Source of the DNA: an uncultured bacterium
Lineage (GTDB): Bacteria > Acidobacteriota > Thermoanaerobaculia > Multivoradales > JAHZIX01
DNA: 64,000 nt
Assembly (NCBI GenBank): GCA_965368975.1
Contig: CBDUPA010000001.1
Location: 288,001-352,000, forward strand
Direction of reading: 5' to 3'
Each line of letters starts with the position of its first letter. Position 1 is the first letter of the stretch. The translations under genes and the position numbers were made by a program. The notes beneath the pieces were generated by a model, which did not search any database, was not told the origin of the DNA, and saw only the letters and a program-made list of their open reading frames with translations. Shown piece by piece: positions 29,686 through 39,042 of the stretch.

Positions 29686-29720
29686 GGTCCATTCGTGACC
29701 AAGCGCGGCCGTGCTTGTCC

Positions 29721-29780
29721 AGTGACGGGACTGACCTAGTGACGGGACTGACCTAGTGACGGGACGTACCCAGTGACGGG
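29721..29780. repeat. 17-bp tandem repeat x3.5 ending in the start codon of the polyprenyl synthase
   Basis: agtgacgggactgacct at 29721 and 29738, variant at 29755, partial copy at 29772 containing GTG 29773. Confidence 0.9.
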
Positions 29781-30663
29781 GCTCGCCGCATGGACACGGG
29801 CGGTCGAAGCCCGCTTGCCAGAGATCCTTCCGCCGGCCGCTGAGCGGCCGGCGGTTGTGCATGAGGCGATGCGCTACGCCTTGCTGTCGCCGGGCAAGCG
29901 GCTGCGTCCGGTCTTGACGCTGACCGTCGCCGAGTTGCTGGGGGGTGGCTTGAGTCGCGGCCGTGGAGAGTGCACGCTCGATCTGGCCTGTGCCGTCGAG
30001 ATGGTGCACGCCGCGTCGCTGGTGCTCGACGACCTGCCGTGCATGGACGACGCCCATCTGCGTCGCGGCCGTGCGACCACCCACCGGGAGTTCGGCGAAG
30101 ACATGGCCTTGCTCGCCGCTTTCGGCCTGCTCAACCAGGCCTTCGCCACCGTCGCCGAGAACGGGCCCAAGCTCAAGCTGCGTCGCTACACCACCGAGGA
30201 CATGGTGCACCACCTGGCGCAGGCGGTCGGCACCCGTGGCCTGATCGGCGGGCAGGCCCTCGACCTTCGTGGTGACCTAGCCGCGATGGACCTGGAGCAG
30301 CTCGAGTACATCCACAGCCACAAGACCGGCGCGCTGTTCATCGCCGCCGGGGAACTCGGCGCCATGGCCGCCGACGCTCGCCGCCGCGACCTCGAATTGA
30401 TCAGCCGCTACGCCAAGAACCTGGGCCTGGCCTTCCAGATCTCCGACGACCTGCTCGACGTCACCGGAAGTGTCGAGGAAACGGGCAAGGACGCCGACCA
30501 GGACCGCGACAAGGTCACCTTCGTCAAACTGCTCGGCGTCGAGGGGGCGCGTACTCTCACCACCGAACTGCTCGGTTTCGCCGTCGACTCGCTGGAGCCA
30601 CTGGGCCCGCGTGCCGAACCGCTGCGCGTTCTCGCCGACTACGTGCGCACGCGCAAGCGTTGA
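29773..30663 (+). CDS. ispA: Polyprenyl (FPP/GGPP) diphosphate synthase
   Basis: [50 protein letters not shown]. Confidence 0.92.
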   Translation: MTGLAAWTRAVEARLPEILPPAAERPAVVHEAMRYALLSPGKRLRPVLTLTVAELLGGGLSRGRGECTLDLACAVEMVHAASLVLDDLPCMDDAHLRRGRATTHREFGEDMALLAAFGLLNQAFATVAENGPKLKLRRYTTEDMVHHLAQAVGTRGLIGGQALDLRGDLAAMDLEQLEYIHSHKTGALFIAAGELGAMAADARRRDLELISRYAKNLGLAFQISDDLLDVTGSVEETGKDADQDRDKVTFVKLLGVEGARTLTTELLGFAVDSLEPLGPRAEPLRVLADYVRTRKR

Positions 30664-30713
30664 GTTCCGATCCTGGCGCACACCAAGAGGGCCGGTGGTC
30701 CTAATATAGAAGG

Positions 30714-32609
30714 ATGAGCCAAGCATCCGCGCCGCGCGACGACGAAGGTAACTCCCAGGCCCCTCGAGCGCTCGACCAGGTGCGCGCCGAGTTGAAGCGC
30801 TTCGGCTACCTGGATCACGGACTCGAGCGCATGCTGCTGCAGGACGCTCTGCGGCCCCGTCACCTGGCCGGGACCCTGGTCGAATTGCTGTGGAAGGTGG
30901 TGCTCGCCGGCGGCCTCGCCGCCGCTCTGAGCGCGGCTCTGCTGCTCGCCGCGCACAACATCGGCGTCAGTGGACCGCTGCTCACCGAAGCACCGCTCGA
31001 TGTGCTGCCGCTGTGGCTGCATCTCGTGCCGCCGGCCGGCTTCGGTGTCGCCCTGCTCTTCTTGCTGCTCGCGGCCGTGCTGACGTTGACGCTGCGTCGC
31101 CGTTACGTCGAGCGCGAAGAGCGGCTGTGCCTGGCGCTCGCGATCTTCGGCGTCGCGGGCGTGGTGCTCGCCTTGCTCAGCGGTCCGGATGGCATCCTCT
31201 CGACCGTGCGCGACTTCCGTGCCCTCGGCACCTCGGCCTTGGTCATCCTCGCCCTCACCCTGCCGCCGCTGCTCTACCTGCTGCTCGACCTGCTCTACTC
31301 GGGGCTGCTGGCGCTGGCCATCAAGCTGACCGACGAAGCCCCGCACCATCGTCAGCGCACCGGCGCCTGGATCGCCGCCGCCGTCCTGCTCGGCTGCGGT
31401 CTGCTCGTCCTGCCCGCGTGGCTGACGGCCCGGCCCCACGTCGAGACCAGTAGCGCCAAGCGCTCTTGGCCGGCGGTGCCCGGTCAGCGCGTGCTGCTGC
31501 TCGGCATTGATGGGGTGCTGCCAGGTGAACTCGACTATCTACTCCAGCGTGGCGAGCTGCCGACGCTGCAGGCCTGGCTCGCCAGCGGCGAAGCCGCGGT
31601 GGGGCACTACCCTCACCGGCGCCAGGAACCCGCCGTCTTCTGGACCTCCGTCGCTACCGGCCTGCCGGCCAGCGAGCACGGCGTCGCCGCGCTCGACAGC
31701 TTCCGTCCCCTGGGCGTCTCGACCCCGCTCGCCGAGAGCGGCCCCGTCCGGGCCTGGTGGCGCATCGGCCAAGCGCTCGGCGTCGTCGAGCATCGACCCA
31801 TCCTGGCCAACCGTCGCCGTGCCTTCACCGCCTGGGAGCTCGTGGCTCGGGGGGGACGGCCGGTACTCGCCGTCAACTGGTGGTCGACCTATCCCGCCGA
31901 GCCGCTGCCCGGCCTGGTCGTCGCCCATGGTGCCTACCAGCTGCTCTCACACAGGGGCGCGGGTGCTGTCGCCTCCAGTGCCGCGGAACCCACCGCCGCC
32001 GCCGAAGTCTTGCACGCCGATCTGGCGGCGCGCCCCCTCGGGCACCTGACTCTGCCCGGCATGGCTGAAGCCGAAGGCCAGGAACTCTACGCCCACGCCG
32101 TGCGTCCCGACGACTACTACCTCGCCGTCTTCGAACAGGCTCTGAATCTGCAACCCCGCGTCGCTGCGCTGTACCTTCCCGGTCTCGACATCATCGCCGC
32201 CGAGTGGCGCCAGGGTGGAAACGATCAAGGCTCCCTCGCCTACGGTGATCTCGTGCGTCGAACGCTGAGCCAGGTCGACGACCTGCTGAACCGGCACGCG
32301 GAGAGTTTCGAAACGGTCGTCCTGGTGCTCGACCCCGGCCGTCGCGAGAGCGCGGAGGGGCGGATCCTCGTGCACCGCCACGACGAGGCGTGCGCCGCCG
32401 CCGCGATCAACCCCGAATCCGCCGCCGCCGCCGTCGTGCGCGCGTCCGGTTTGCCGCAGAGTCGCGAGCTGCCCGATCCACCGTCGCTGTGCCCGTGGCC
32501 GGATGCGTCGGATGTGCTGGAGAGCTTCGGGGCACGGGAAGCGGAGACCGGGAGGGATACGGAAGACGCGGAGTACCTGGAGAATCTGCGGTCTTTGGGG
32601 TATTTGTGA
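30714..32609 (+). CDS. Membrane-bound alkaline phosphatase/phosphodiesterase superfamily protein
   Basis: N-terminal TM helices; LLLGIDG, WTSVATG..EHGV, C-terminal ENLRSLGYL. Confidence 0.75.
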   Translation: MSQASAPRDDEGNSQAPRALDQVRAELKRFGYLDHGLERMLLQDALRPRHLAGTLVELLWKVVLAGGLAAALSAALLLAAHNIGVSGPLLTEAPLDVLPLWLHLVPPAGFGVALLFLLLAAVLTLTLRRRYVEREERLCLALAIFGVAGVVLALLSGPDGILSTVRDFRALGTSALVILALTLPPLLYLLLDLLYSGLLALAIKLTDEAPHHRQRTGAWIAAAVLLGCGLLVLPAWLTARPHVETSSAKRSWPAVPGQRVLLLGIDGVLPGELDYLLQRGELPTLQAWLASGEAAVGHYPHRRQEPAVFWTSVATGLPASEHGVAALDSFRPLGVSTPLAESGPVRAWWRIGQALGVVEHRPILANRRRAFTAWELVARGGRPVLAVNWWSTYPAEPLPGLVVAHGAYQLLSHRGAGAVASSAAEPTAAAEVLHADLAARPLGHLTLPGMAEAEGQELYAHAVRPDDYYLAVFEQALNLQPRVAALYLPGLDIIAAEWRQGGNDQGSLAYGDLVRRTLSQVDDLLNRHAESFETVVLVLDPGRRESAEGRILVHRHDEACAAAAINPESAAAAVVRASGLPQSRELPDPPSLCPWPDASDVLESFGAREAETGRDTEDAEYLENLRSLGYL

Positions 32610-32623
32610 GGTGGATCGGACCG

Positions 32624-32784
32624 CCAGCCACCCTCAGAGGGCGCAGACCCCTGCGCCCCTACAGACCCTCGCCCCCGCCCGAACGTTACGCATGGCACGA
32701 GTGTTTTCACTGTTGCGTACGTTTCCGCCTGCGTACCGTTCGGGGGTTTGGGTGGGGCCGTAGGGGCGCAAGGCATTGCGCCCT
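32624..32784. repeat. Left REP doublet flanking the RAYT
   Basis: agggcgcagacccctgcgcccctac (32638-32662) and gtaggggcgcaaggcattgcgccct (32760-32784); 32624-32700 is identical to 33354-33430. Confidence 0.9.
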
Positions 32785-32809
32785 CCGGGGTGGGTGGTAA
32801 ATTCCAGGC

Positions 32810-33322
32810 ATGTATCCTCGACCTGGGCGCCATTCCACCAGGCTGCGTGGTTATGACTATGCTGCTGTAGGTGGTTACTTCGTGACGATCTGCACCTTCG
32901 AGCGCCAGTGCGTCCTTGGCAACATCACTGAGGCCGGAGTTGCCCTGTCGTTGTTCGGCAAGATCGTTCAGGAAGAATGGTTCGCTTCTGCACGTCTGCG
33001 GCGGGAGATCGAACTGGATGCGTTCGTCATCATGCCCAACCATGTTCATGGAGTTCTGTTCTTGTTGGGACAGCCACCGCTTCCCCCTGAAGGACCCCAG
33101 CGTAGACCTCGGTCCTTGAGCACGTTTGTCAGTGGATTCAAGAGTGCCTGCTCTCGCCGAATCAACGCCCTGCGTGGCACGCCGGCTGGCCCAGTCTGGC
33201 AGCGCAACTTTCACGATCGGATCGTACGAAACCAGGATGAACTCCAGGCAATCCGGAGATACATCGAGGAGAATCCGCTCCGTTGGGCCGTCGATTCGGA
33301 GAACCCGGCATTGAATCCTTGA
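32810..33322 (+). mobile_element. REP-associated tyrosine transposase (RAYT, IS200/Y1 HUH family)
   Basis: RLRGYDY..YFVTICT, IMPNHVHG (HUH), WQRNFHDRIVR, YIEENP; flanked by GTAG-REPs. Confidence 0.92.
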
Positions 33323-33353
33323 ATTTGCGCGGATGTTCCGCGTAGGGACCGTC

Positions 33354-33569
33354 CCAGCCACCCTCAGAGGGCGCAGACCCCTGCGCCCCTACAGACCCTC
33401 GCCCCCGCCCGAACGTTACGCATGGCACGAATGTTCCTGTGCATCTAACGTTGTCAGGGTCGGGCACAGACGAGATTCACGCCCGAACGTTCCGCATGGC
33501 ACGACCGTTTCTGCTCACGTATCGTTCGGGGGTTGGGTGGGGCCGTAGGGGCGCAAGGCATTGCGCCCT
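33354..33569. repeat. Right REP doublet flanking the RAYT
   Basis: The same two REPs at 33368-33392 and 33545-33569; internal gcccgaacgtt.cgcatggcacga is duplicated. Confidence 0.9.
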
Positions 33570-33596
33570 CTGGGGATGGGCGGGTGTTTGGTCTGC

Positions 33597-35144
33597 TCAC
33601 CGCCACCAAACCGACCGCAACCCCAACAACTCCCCGCTCGGATAGTTGACATACCCCTCGACGTCGGCCGGCATGACCGCGAAGTTCACGCGCGTATACA
33701 GGCTGATGTAGGGCAGGTCCTCTTTCAGGATCTCCTGCACCTCCAGGTAGATCGGCATCCTTTCTTCCGGCAACGTCAACCGTGCCCCTTCTTCGACCAG
33801 CGCGTCGAAGCGTGCATTCCGGTAGTGGCCGCGATTCTGCCCATTCGGTGGTAGTGCGTCCGAGTGCAGCACCAGGCGGTAGATGTTGGGGTCGATGATG
33901 CCGGTGCGGATTAGGGAGAAGAGCTGGAAGTTGCCCTTGCGTACGTCGTCGTAGAAGGTGGCGAATTCGTAGGAACGGATCTCGATGCCGATCCCGGCTT
34001 GCGCGGCCATGGACTGCAGGATCTGCGCTTGCAGCACATAGGGCTCGCTGGTCGACGTCTTGTAGGTCACCGTGAAGCGCATCTCGGGCCCGTCGCCGTC
34101 CGGGTCGGGATAGCCGGCTTGGTCGAGCAGGCGCTTGGCGGTCTCGACGTCGTAGGGGATGGGTTCGAGGTCCGGGTGCCGTGCCCACAGGCCGGGGGGG
34201 ATCATCGTCTCGCCGACCACGCCGAGGCCGTTCCACAGCGTGTCGACGAGCTTCTGCCGGTCCAGGCTGAGCGCCAAGGCGTGCCGCACTCGAGGGTCGC
34301 CGAGAATCGGGTCTTCGAGGTTGACGCCGAGATAGGCGTAGTTGGCGCCCGGGCTCTCGACGACCTGGAAGTGTGGGTTGCGGCGGAAGAGCGGCACGGC
34401 GTCAGTGGAGAGGTCGTTGACCACCAGGTGGACGGAGCCTTTGAGCAGTTCGAGCGCGCGCACAGTGGCGTCGGGGACTTCGCGCAGGAGGACGCGGTCT
34501 AGATGCGGGCGGCCTTGCCAGGCGGCGTCGAAGGCGGCGAGTTCGACTGTCTCGGGGGTGCGCGAGACGAAGCGGAAAGGGCCGGTACCGATGGGGTGAT
34601 CGTTGAGCTGTCCGGAAGTGCTGCCGGCGGGGATGATGCCTTGACCCGGGGTGAATTCCGGCAGCAGGGCGCCGAAGGGTTCGCGCAGGAAGACATCAAC
34701 CGTCAGCTCGTCCACGGCTTCCAGGCGCTCGACCGTTTCGAAGCTGGCGCGCTTGGTGGTGGCGACGGTGTCGTCGAGGATGGAGCCGTAGGTCCACACG
34801 ACGTCCGCAGCGCTGAACGGGCGCCCGTCATGGAAGGTGACACCGGGACGCAAGTAGAAGCGGTAGCGGCGACCGTCGTCGAGGATCTCCCAGGCGGTGG
34901 CGAGGTCGGGGACCAGGTTGCCGGCGGGATCCTTGGTGACCAGGCCGTTGTAGATCAGCTGGAATACTCGTGCGGACGCCTGGTCGGCACCGACGCGCGG
35001 GTCGAGATGCAGGGGAGCGGAGGACTGGGCGACGACGAGACGGTTGTCGATCGGGGGCGCGGGACGGCGATCGTCGAGGCAGGCGGTGGTCAGGAGGGTG
35101 AGGAGGACGAGGGAGGCAGCGACGAGGGACGTTGAGGTGCGCAT
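33597..35144 (-). CDS. Peptide/nickel-type ABC transporter substrate-binding lipoprotein (family 5)
   Basis: Lipobox LTTAC; PDLATAW, LRPGVTFHDG, IGTGPF, VRHAL. Confidence 0.9.
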   Translation of the reverse strand: MRTSTSLVAASLVLLTLLTTACLDDRRPAPPIDNRLVVAQSSAPLHLDPRVGADQASARVFQLIYNGLVTKDPAGNLVPDLATAWEILDDGRRYRFYLRPGVTFHDGRPFSAADVVWTYGSILDDTVATTKRASFETVERLEAVDELTVDVFLREPFGALLPEFTPGQGIIPAGSTSGQLNDHPIGTGPFRFVSRTPETVELAAFDAAWQGRPHLDRVLLREVPDATVRALELLKGSVHLVVNDLSTDAVPLFRRNPHFQVVESPGANYAYLGVNLEDPILGDPRVRHALALSLDRQKLVDTLWNGLGVVGETMIPPGLWARHPDLEPIPYDVETAKRLLDQAGYPDPDGDGPEMRFTVTYKTSTSEPYVLQAQILQSMAAQAGIGIEIRSYEFATFYDDVRKGNFQLFSLIRTGIIDPNIYRLVLHSDALPPNGQNRGHYRNARFDALVEEGARLTLPEERMPIYLEVQEILKEDLPYISLYTRVNFAVMPADVEGYVNYPSGELLGLRSVWWR

Positions 35145-35246
35145 GACGTGGCGGGATGCTAGCACTCCAGCAAATCCACCTAGCCCCCGCCGCCGTACCC
35201 AGATAGGATCAGCCACACGTATCCCGCAATCCGATTCTGGAACCCG

Positions 35247-35987
35247 ATGACGCACGCTTTCGACTCCGCTCCTGCTCGCCACCGCCCCGCCCGCCGGGCC
35301 GTGCTGCTCTTTGCCCGCCGGCCGGGTGAGGAGGCGCGCCGCAAGCACTTGACGCGGGGCAAGCGGCTGTTCGAGCTGGGACGCGACCGGGTCTTGACGG
35401 CGGCGGCGCAGCTACCGGACGTGACACCGGTGTTGCTCGGCGATCCGGGGGACGCGACATTGCCCGCCGGGACGCTCGTGCTGGCGCAGCGAGGCCGTGG
35501 CTTCGGGGCGCGGCTCGGCAACGGGCTCGAGGATGCCTTCGCGCTCGGCTTCGACGAGGTCGTGGCCGTCGGTCTCGACGCGCCGTCGCTGTCGGACGAG
35601 CATCTCGACGCGGCGTTCCGTGCGCTGCGCGAGGCGCCGGTGGTGCTCGGGCCTGCCGCGGACGGTGGCGTCTATCTGCTCGGCCTCCGTGCCGAAGCGG
35701 ATCGGGTCGCGCTCTGGCGTGGCGTGCGCTGGCAGACGCGTTTCGTCCTGCGGCAACTGCAGCTCAACGCGCCAGCTCGAGTGCTGCCGCAAGTCTTGAC
35801 CGATGTCGACCAGCGCGCCGACGCCCAGCGTCTCGCCCGTTTCCTGGTGCGCGACTTCGAGTTGCGTGTGGTCTTGGAAGCGCTCTTGGCGCGGCCGTGG
35901 ACCCCGGCTCTCTCTTTCCTGCCGGCGCCGCTCTGGTGCCCCCACCTGCCGCTCTCGCGACGCGGACCTCCCGCGCGGGTTGCCTGA
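35247..35987 (+). CDS. DUF2064 (TIGR04282-like) GT-A/nucleotidyltransferase-fold protein with C-terminal RGPP
   Basis: QRGRGFGARL, VGLDAPSL, VLGPAADGGVYLLG, VRWQT, LTDVD; ends ..LPLSRRGPPARVA. Confidence 0.85.
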   Translation: MTHAFDSAPARHRPARRAVLLFARRPGEEARRKHLTRGKRLFELGRDRVLTAAAQLPDVTPVLLGDPGDATLPAGTLVLAQRGRGFGARLGNGLEDAFALGFDEVVAVGLDAPSLSDEHLDAAFRALREAPVVLGPAADGGVYLLGLRAEADRVALWRGVRWQTRFVLRQLQLNAPARVLPQVLTDVDQRADAQRLARFLVRDFELRVVLEALLARPWTPALSFLPAPLWCPHLPLSRRGPPARVA

Positions 35988-36049
35988 ATCCGCGCTGTTT
36001 CGACCGTCTGACGCATTCCCTCTTTCCGCTATCCGTCGACCTGGAGGTC
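35965..36049 (+). promoter_or_regulatory. Putative anti-SD/SD translational switch for the TonB receptor
   Basis: gacctcc (35965-35971, within the G-P-P codons) is the reverse complement of SD ggaggtc (36043-36049). Confidence 0.45.
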
Positions 36050-36054
36050 TTCCC

Positions 36055-39042
36055 ATGCTCGCATCCGTGGGCCGTCCGGCCCTTCGTCTCGCCCTGTCGT
36101 CTCTCCTGACTCTCGCCGCTATCCTGCTGCTCAGTGTGCCAGCCATGGCGCAAGCTAATCTCGAAGTCACCGTGGTCGACGCCGCCGACGGCGCACCGCT
36201 GCCCGGCGTTGCGGTCGCCCTGTTCAACGATGCCACCGGTTACCGCGTCGAGCAGGTGTCTAATGTGCAGGGCAAGACGCGGTTCTCGGCCTTGACCACC
36301 GGTGATGGCTACCAGCTGGTGACGCAGCCGTTCGACGGCTATCGCGAGGCGCGCGCGGAGGCGATCACGTTGCGCACGAACTTTGACAGCGCGGTGACGT
36401 TGCGGCTGCCGCGGGTCGAGACCTTCAGCGACGACGTGCTGGTGACCGCCGAGCGCCAGCTGGTGGCGATGAACACGGTCAACGCGGAGGTGTCGTCGAC
36501 GCTGGTGTCGGAAGAGCTGGAGCTGCTGCCCATCGAGGGCCGGGACTTGACGCGCTCGCTCTACCGGCTGCCCAACGTGACGCAGGCGACCGGCTTCTAT
36601 CCGGAGGCGCCGAACGTGTCGATCAACGGCGCCAACTCGTTGTTCACCAACTACCTGATCGACGGTCTGGACAACAACGAGAACTTCCTCGGCGGTCAGA
36701 AGTTCGCGCTGCCGCTGGGTGCGGTGCAGGACGTGACGGTGCTGACCAGCACTTACAGCGCCGAGTTCGGGCGCACCGGCAATGGTGTCTTCAACGTCAC
36801 CAGCCGTTCGGGCAGCAACGATCTGCGCGGTGAGGCGTTCTACCTCAGCCGGCCCGGTGCCAAGTGGGATTCGTCGTCACCGTTCGCCGGGCGCGACCTG
36901 AGCGGCAATGCGGTGAAGGACGGTTTCCGTCGTGATCAGCTGGGCTTCTCGCTCGGTGGTGCGCTGACCCAGGACCGCACCTTCTTTCATCTCAACGTGG
37001 AAGGCACGCGCGACGAGAAGGACAACCTGCTCAACGTGCCGGCGCTGGGTGTCAACGAGACGGTGCCGGGCGAGAACGAGTTCCTCTACGCCTCGGCACG
37101 CTTCGACCACCGTCTCACCGAGTCGTTGCAGACGTCGCTGCGCGTCAACTGGGGTGATGTCGACATCGAGCGCCAGGGGGGCGGGCTCGACGGCGGCGTG
37201 ACGTTCCCGTCGGCCGGCAACTTCCAGGACCGCGACTCACTGCTCGCCGCCTTTCGCACCAGCTGGGTGGGTCGTGACTTCGTCAATGAGGCGAATGTGC
37301 AGTTCAGCCGCTTTCGCTGGAACTATGGCCGGCCGATCGACGAGGGACCGCAGGTGACGGTGCTCGGGGCCGATGGCCAGACGGTGGCGGTGCTCGGGCA
37401 TCCGGGCTACATCTTCGACGACATCGAGGAGACCTTCCAGGTACAGGAGAAGGCGTCGTTCCTGCTCGGCAATCACACGCTGAAGCTGGGGGCGGAGCTG
37501 ATCTCGTCGGACTTCGAGCTGACCGGTGGTGGCAACGTCAACGGCAACTACCTGGTGCAGCTGAGCGCCGCGCAGGAGGCGGCGCTGCGGGCGCGGAACC
37601 TGGGCTCGTCGCTGAACGTCAACGACATCCCGTCGAACGTCGACGTGCTGCGCTACGACGTCGAGCTGCAGCCGAAGGCGTTCGGCGAGCGGCAGGACTA
37701 CTGGAGCGCCTACGTCGAGGACCTGTGGTCGGTGTCGCCGCGCCTGAATGTGACGCTCGGCCTGCGCTACGACTACGACAGCCTGAGCGAGGGCGGTGGT
37801 GCCAGTGGCGATTCCGACAACTTCGCGCCGCGGCTGGCGCTCAACTACCAACTCGATGACCGCTCGACGCTGCGCGCCGGCTTTGGCGTTTTCTACGAGA
37901 AGGTTGCCTATGCGATCTACAGCGATGCGCTGCAGCAGAACTCGACGTCGGCGGGCTTCCAGTGGCAGGTGCAGCAACTGATCGACCTCGGCTTGCTGCC
38001 GGCGGGCACGAATCTGGGCGACGTGCTGTTCAACGGCAACCTGGTGGCCAGCTTCGACGACGTGCCCTACCTCGGTGGTCCGACACCGGCCGAGGTGCAG
38101 GCGCAGCGCGAGGCCGTGTTCAGCAATGAGCGGCGTATCCTCAACCCGAACGGCTACGACAACCCGGTGACCGAGCAGTACTCGCTCGGCTACCAGCGGC
38201 GGTTGCGTTCGGACATGCTGTTCTATGTCGACCTGATTCACACGCGTTCCTACAACCTGCTACGCCTGCGCAATCTGAACGCGGCGGCGCCGTATCCGCT
38301 CGACGATCCGAACAATGTGGTGGTGCGCACGCCGGCCGAGGCGGACGCGACGCGACCGGTGCCGCTGGTGGACGGTGGTGCACGCAACATCGTGATGACG
38401 GAGTCGGAAGGCGAGGCGCGCTACAAGGCAGCGACGTTCAGCTTCCTGAAGGACCGCACGTCGAAGAGCCCGTTCAGCGTCCGCTTGTCGTACACCTGGT
38501 CGCAGCTGGAGAACGACACGGACGACATCAACTTCCGGGCCCAGGACGCCAACAATTACGCCGCCGAGTGGGGGCCGTCGGTGAATGACCGCGAGCACGT
38601 GGTCAGCGGTTTGTTGCAGTACTACGTGACGCCGGATCTGTCGGTGTCGTTGGCGGGGCTGTGGCAGAGCGGTCAGCCGATCAACCGCATTCCGGACGCG
38701 CGTCTGTACGGCACGACGGACTTGAACGGCGATGGTCGCTCGTTCGGTGACGCCTATGTGGGCAACAGCGACCGCTACCCGGGAGCGTCACGCAATGTCG
38801 ACCGGCTACCGTCGTCGGAAGTGTGGGACCTGGGTATCCAGTACCGGCTGCCGATGGCCGGCAAGCGGATCGAGCTGCGGCTGGATGTGTTCAATCTGTT
38901 CAACGAGACGAATCTCTCGGGCTTCAGCAACAATGCGACGCAGAGCAACCAGATCCAGATCGGGCCGCCGGGGTCGGGGATCGAGTTCAAGAATGCGGGG
39001 CCGCCGCGGCAGTTCCAGATTGGGGTGTCGTATGCGTTCTGA
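36055..39042 (+). CDS. TonB-dependent receptor (Oar-like, N-terminal carboxypeptidase-regulatory-like domain)
   Basis: Signal peptide; NYLIDGLDNN, YSAEFGRTGNGVFNVTSRSG, LGLRYD, NFAPRL; C-terminal Phe. Confidence 0.92.
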   Translation: MLASVGRPALRLALSSLLTLAAILLLSVPAMAQANLEVTVVDAADGAPLPGVAVALFNDATGYRVEQVSNVQGKTRFSALTTGDGYQLVTQPFDGYREARAEAITLRTNFDSAVTLRLPRVETFSDDVLVTAERQLVAMNTVNAEVSSTLVSEELELLPIEGRDLTRSLYRLPNVTQATGFYPEAPNVSINGANSLFTNYLIDGLDNNENFLGGQKFALPLGAVQDVTVLTSTYSAEFGRTGNGVFNVTSRSGSNDLRGEAFYLSRPGAKWDSSSPFAGRDLSGNAVKDGFRRDQLGFSLGGALTQDRTFFHLNVEGTRDEKDNLLNVPALGVNETVPGENEFLYASARFDHRLTESLQTSLRVNWGDVDIERQGGGLDGGVTFPSAGNFQDRDSLLAAFRTSWVGRDFVNEANVQFSRFRWNYGRPIDEGPQVTVLGADGQTVAVLGHPGYIFDDIEETFQVQEKASFLLGNHTLKLGAELISSDFELTGGGNVNGNYLVQLSAAQEAALRARNLGSSLNVNDIPSNVDVLRYDVELQPKAFGERQDYWSAYVEDLWSVSPRLNVTLGLRYDYDSLSEGGGASGDSDNFAPRLALNYQLDDRSTLRAGFGVFYEKVAYAIYSDALQQNSTSAGFQWQVQQLIDLGLLPAGTNLGDVLFNGNLVASFDDVPYLGGPTPAEVQAQREAVFSNERRILNPNGYDNPVTEQYSLGYQRRLRSDMLFYVDLIHTRSYNLLRLRNLNAAAPYPLDDPNNVVVRTPAEADATRPVPLVDGGARNIVMTESEGEARYKAATFSFLKDRTSKSPFSVRLSYTWSQLENDTDDINFRAQDANNYAAEWGPSVNDREHVVSGLLQYYVTPDLSVSLAGLWQSGQPINRIPDARLYGTTDLNGDGRSFGDAYVGNSDRYPGASRNVDRLPSSEVWDLGIQYRLPMAGKRIELRLDVFNLFNETNLSGFSNNATQSNQIQIGPPGSGIEFKNAGPPRQFQIGVSYAF

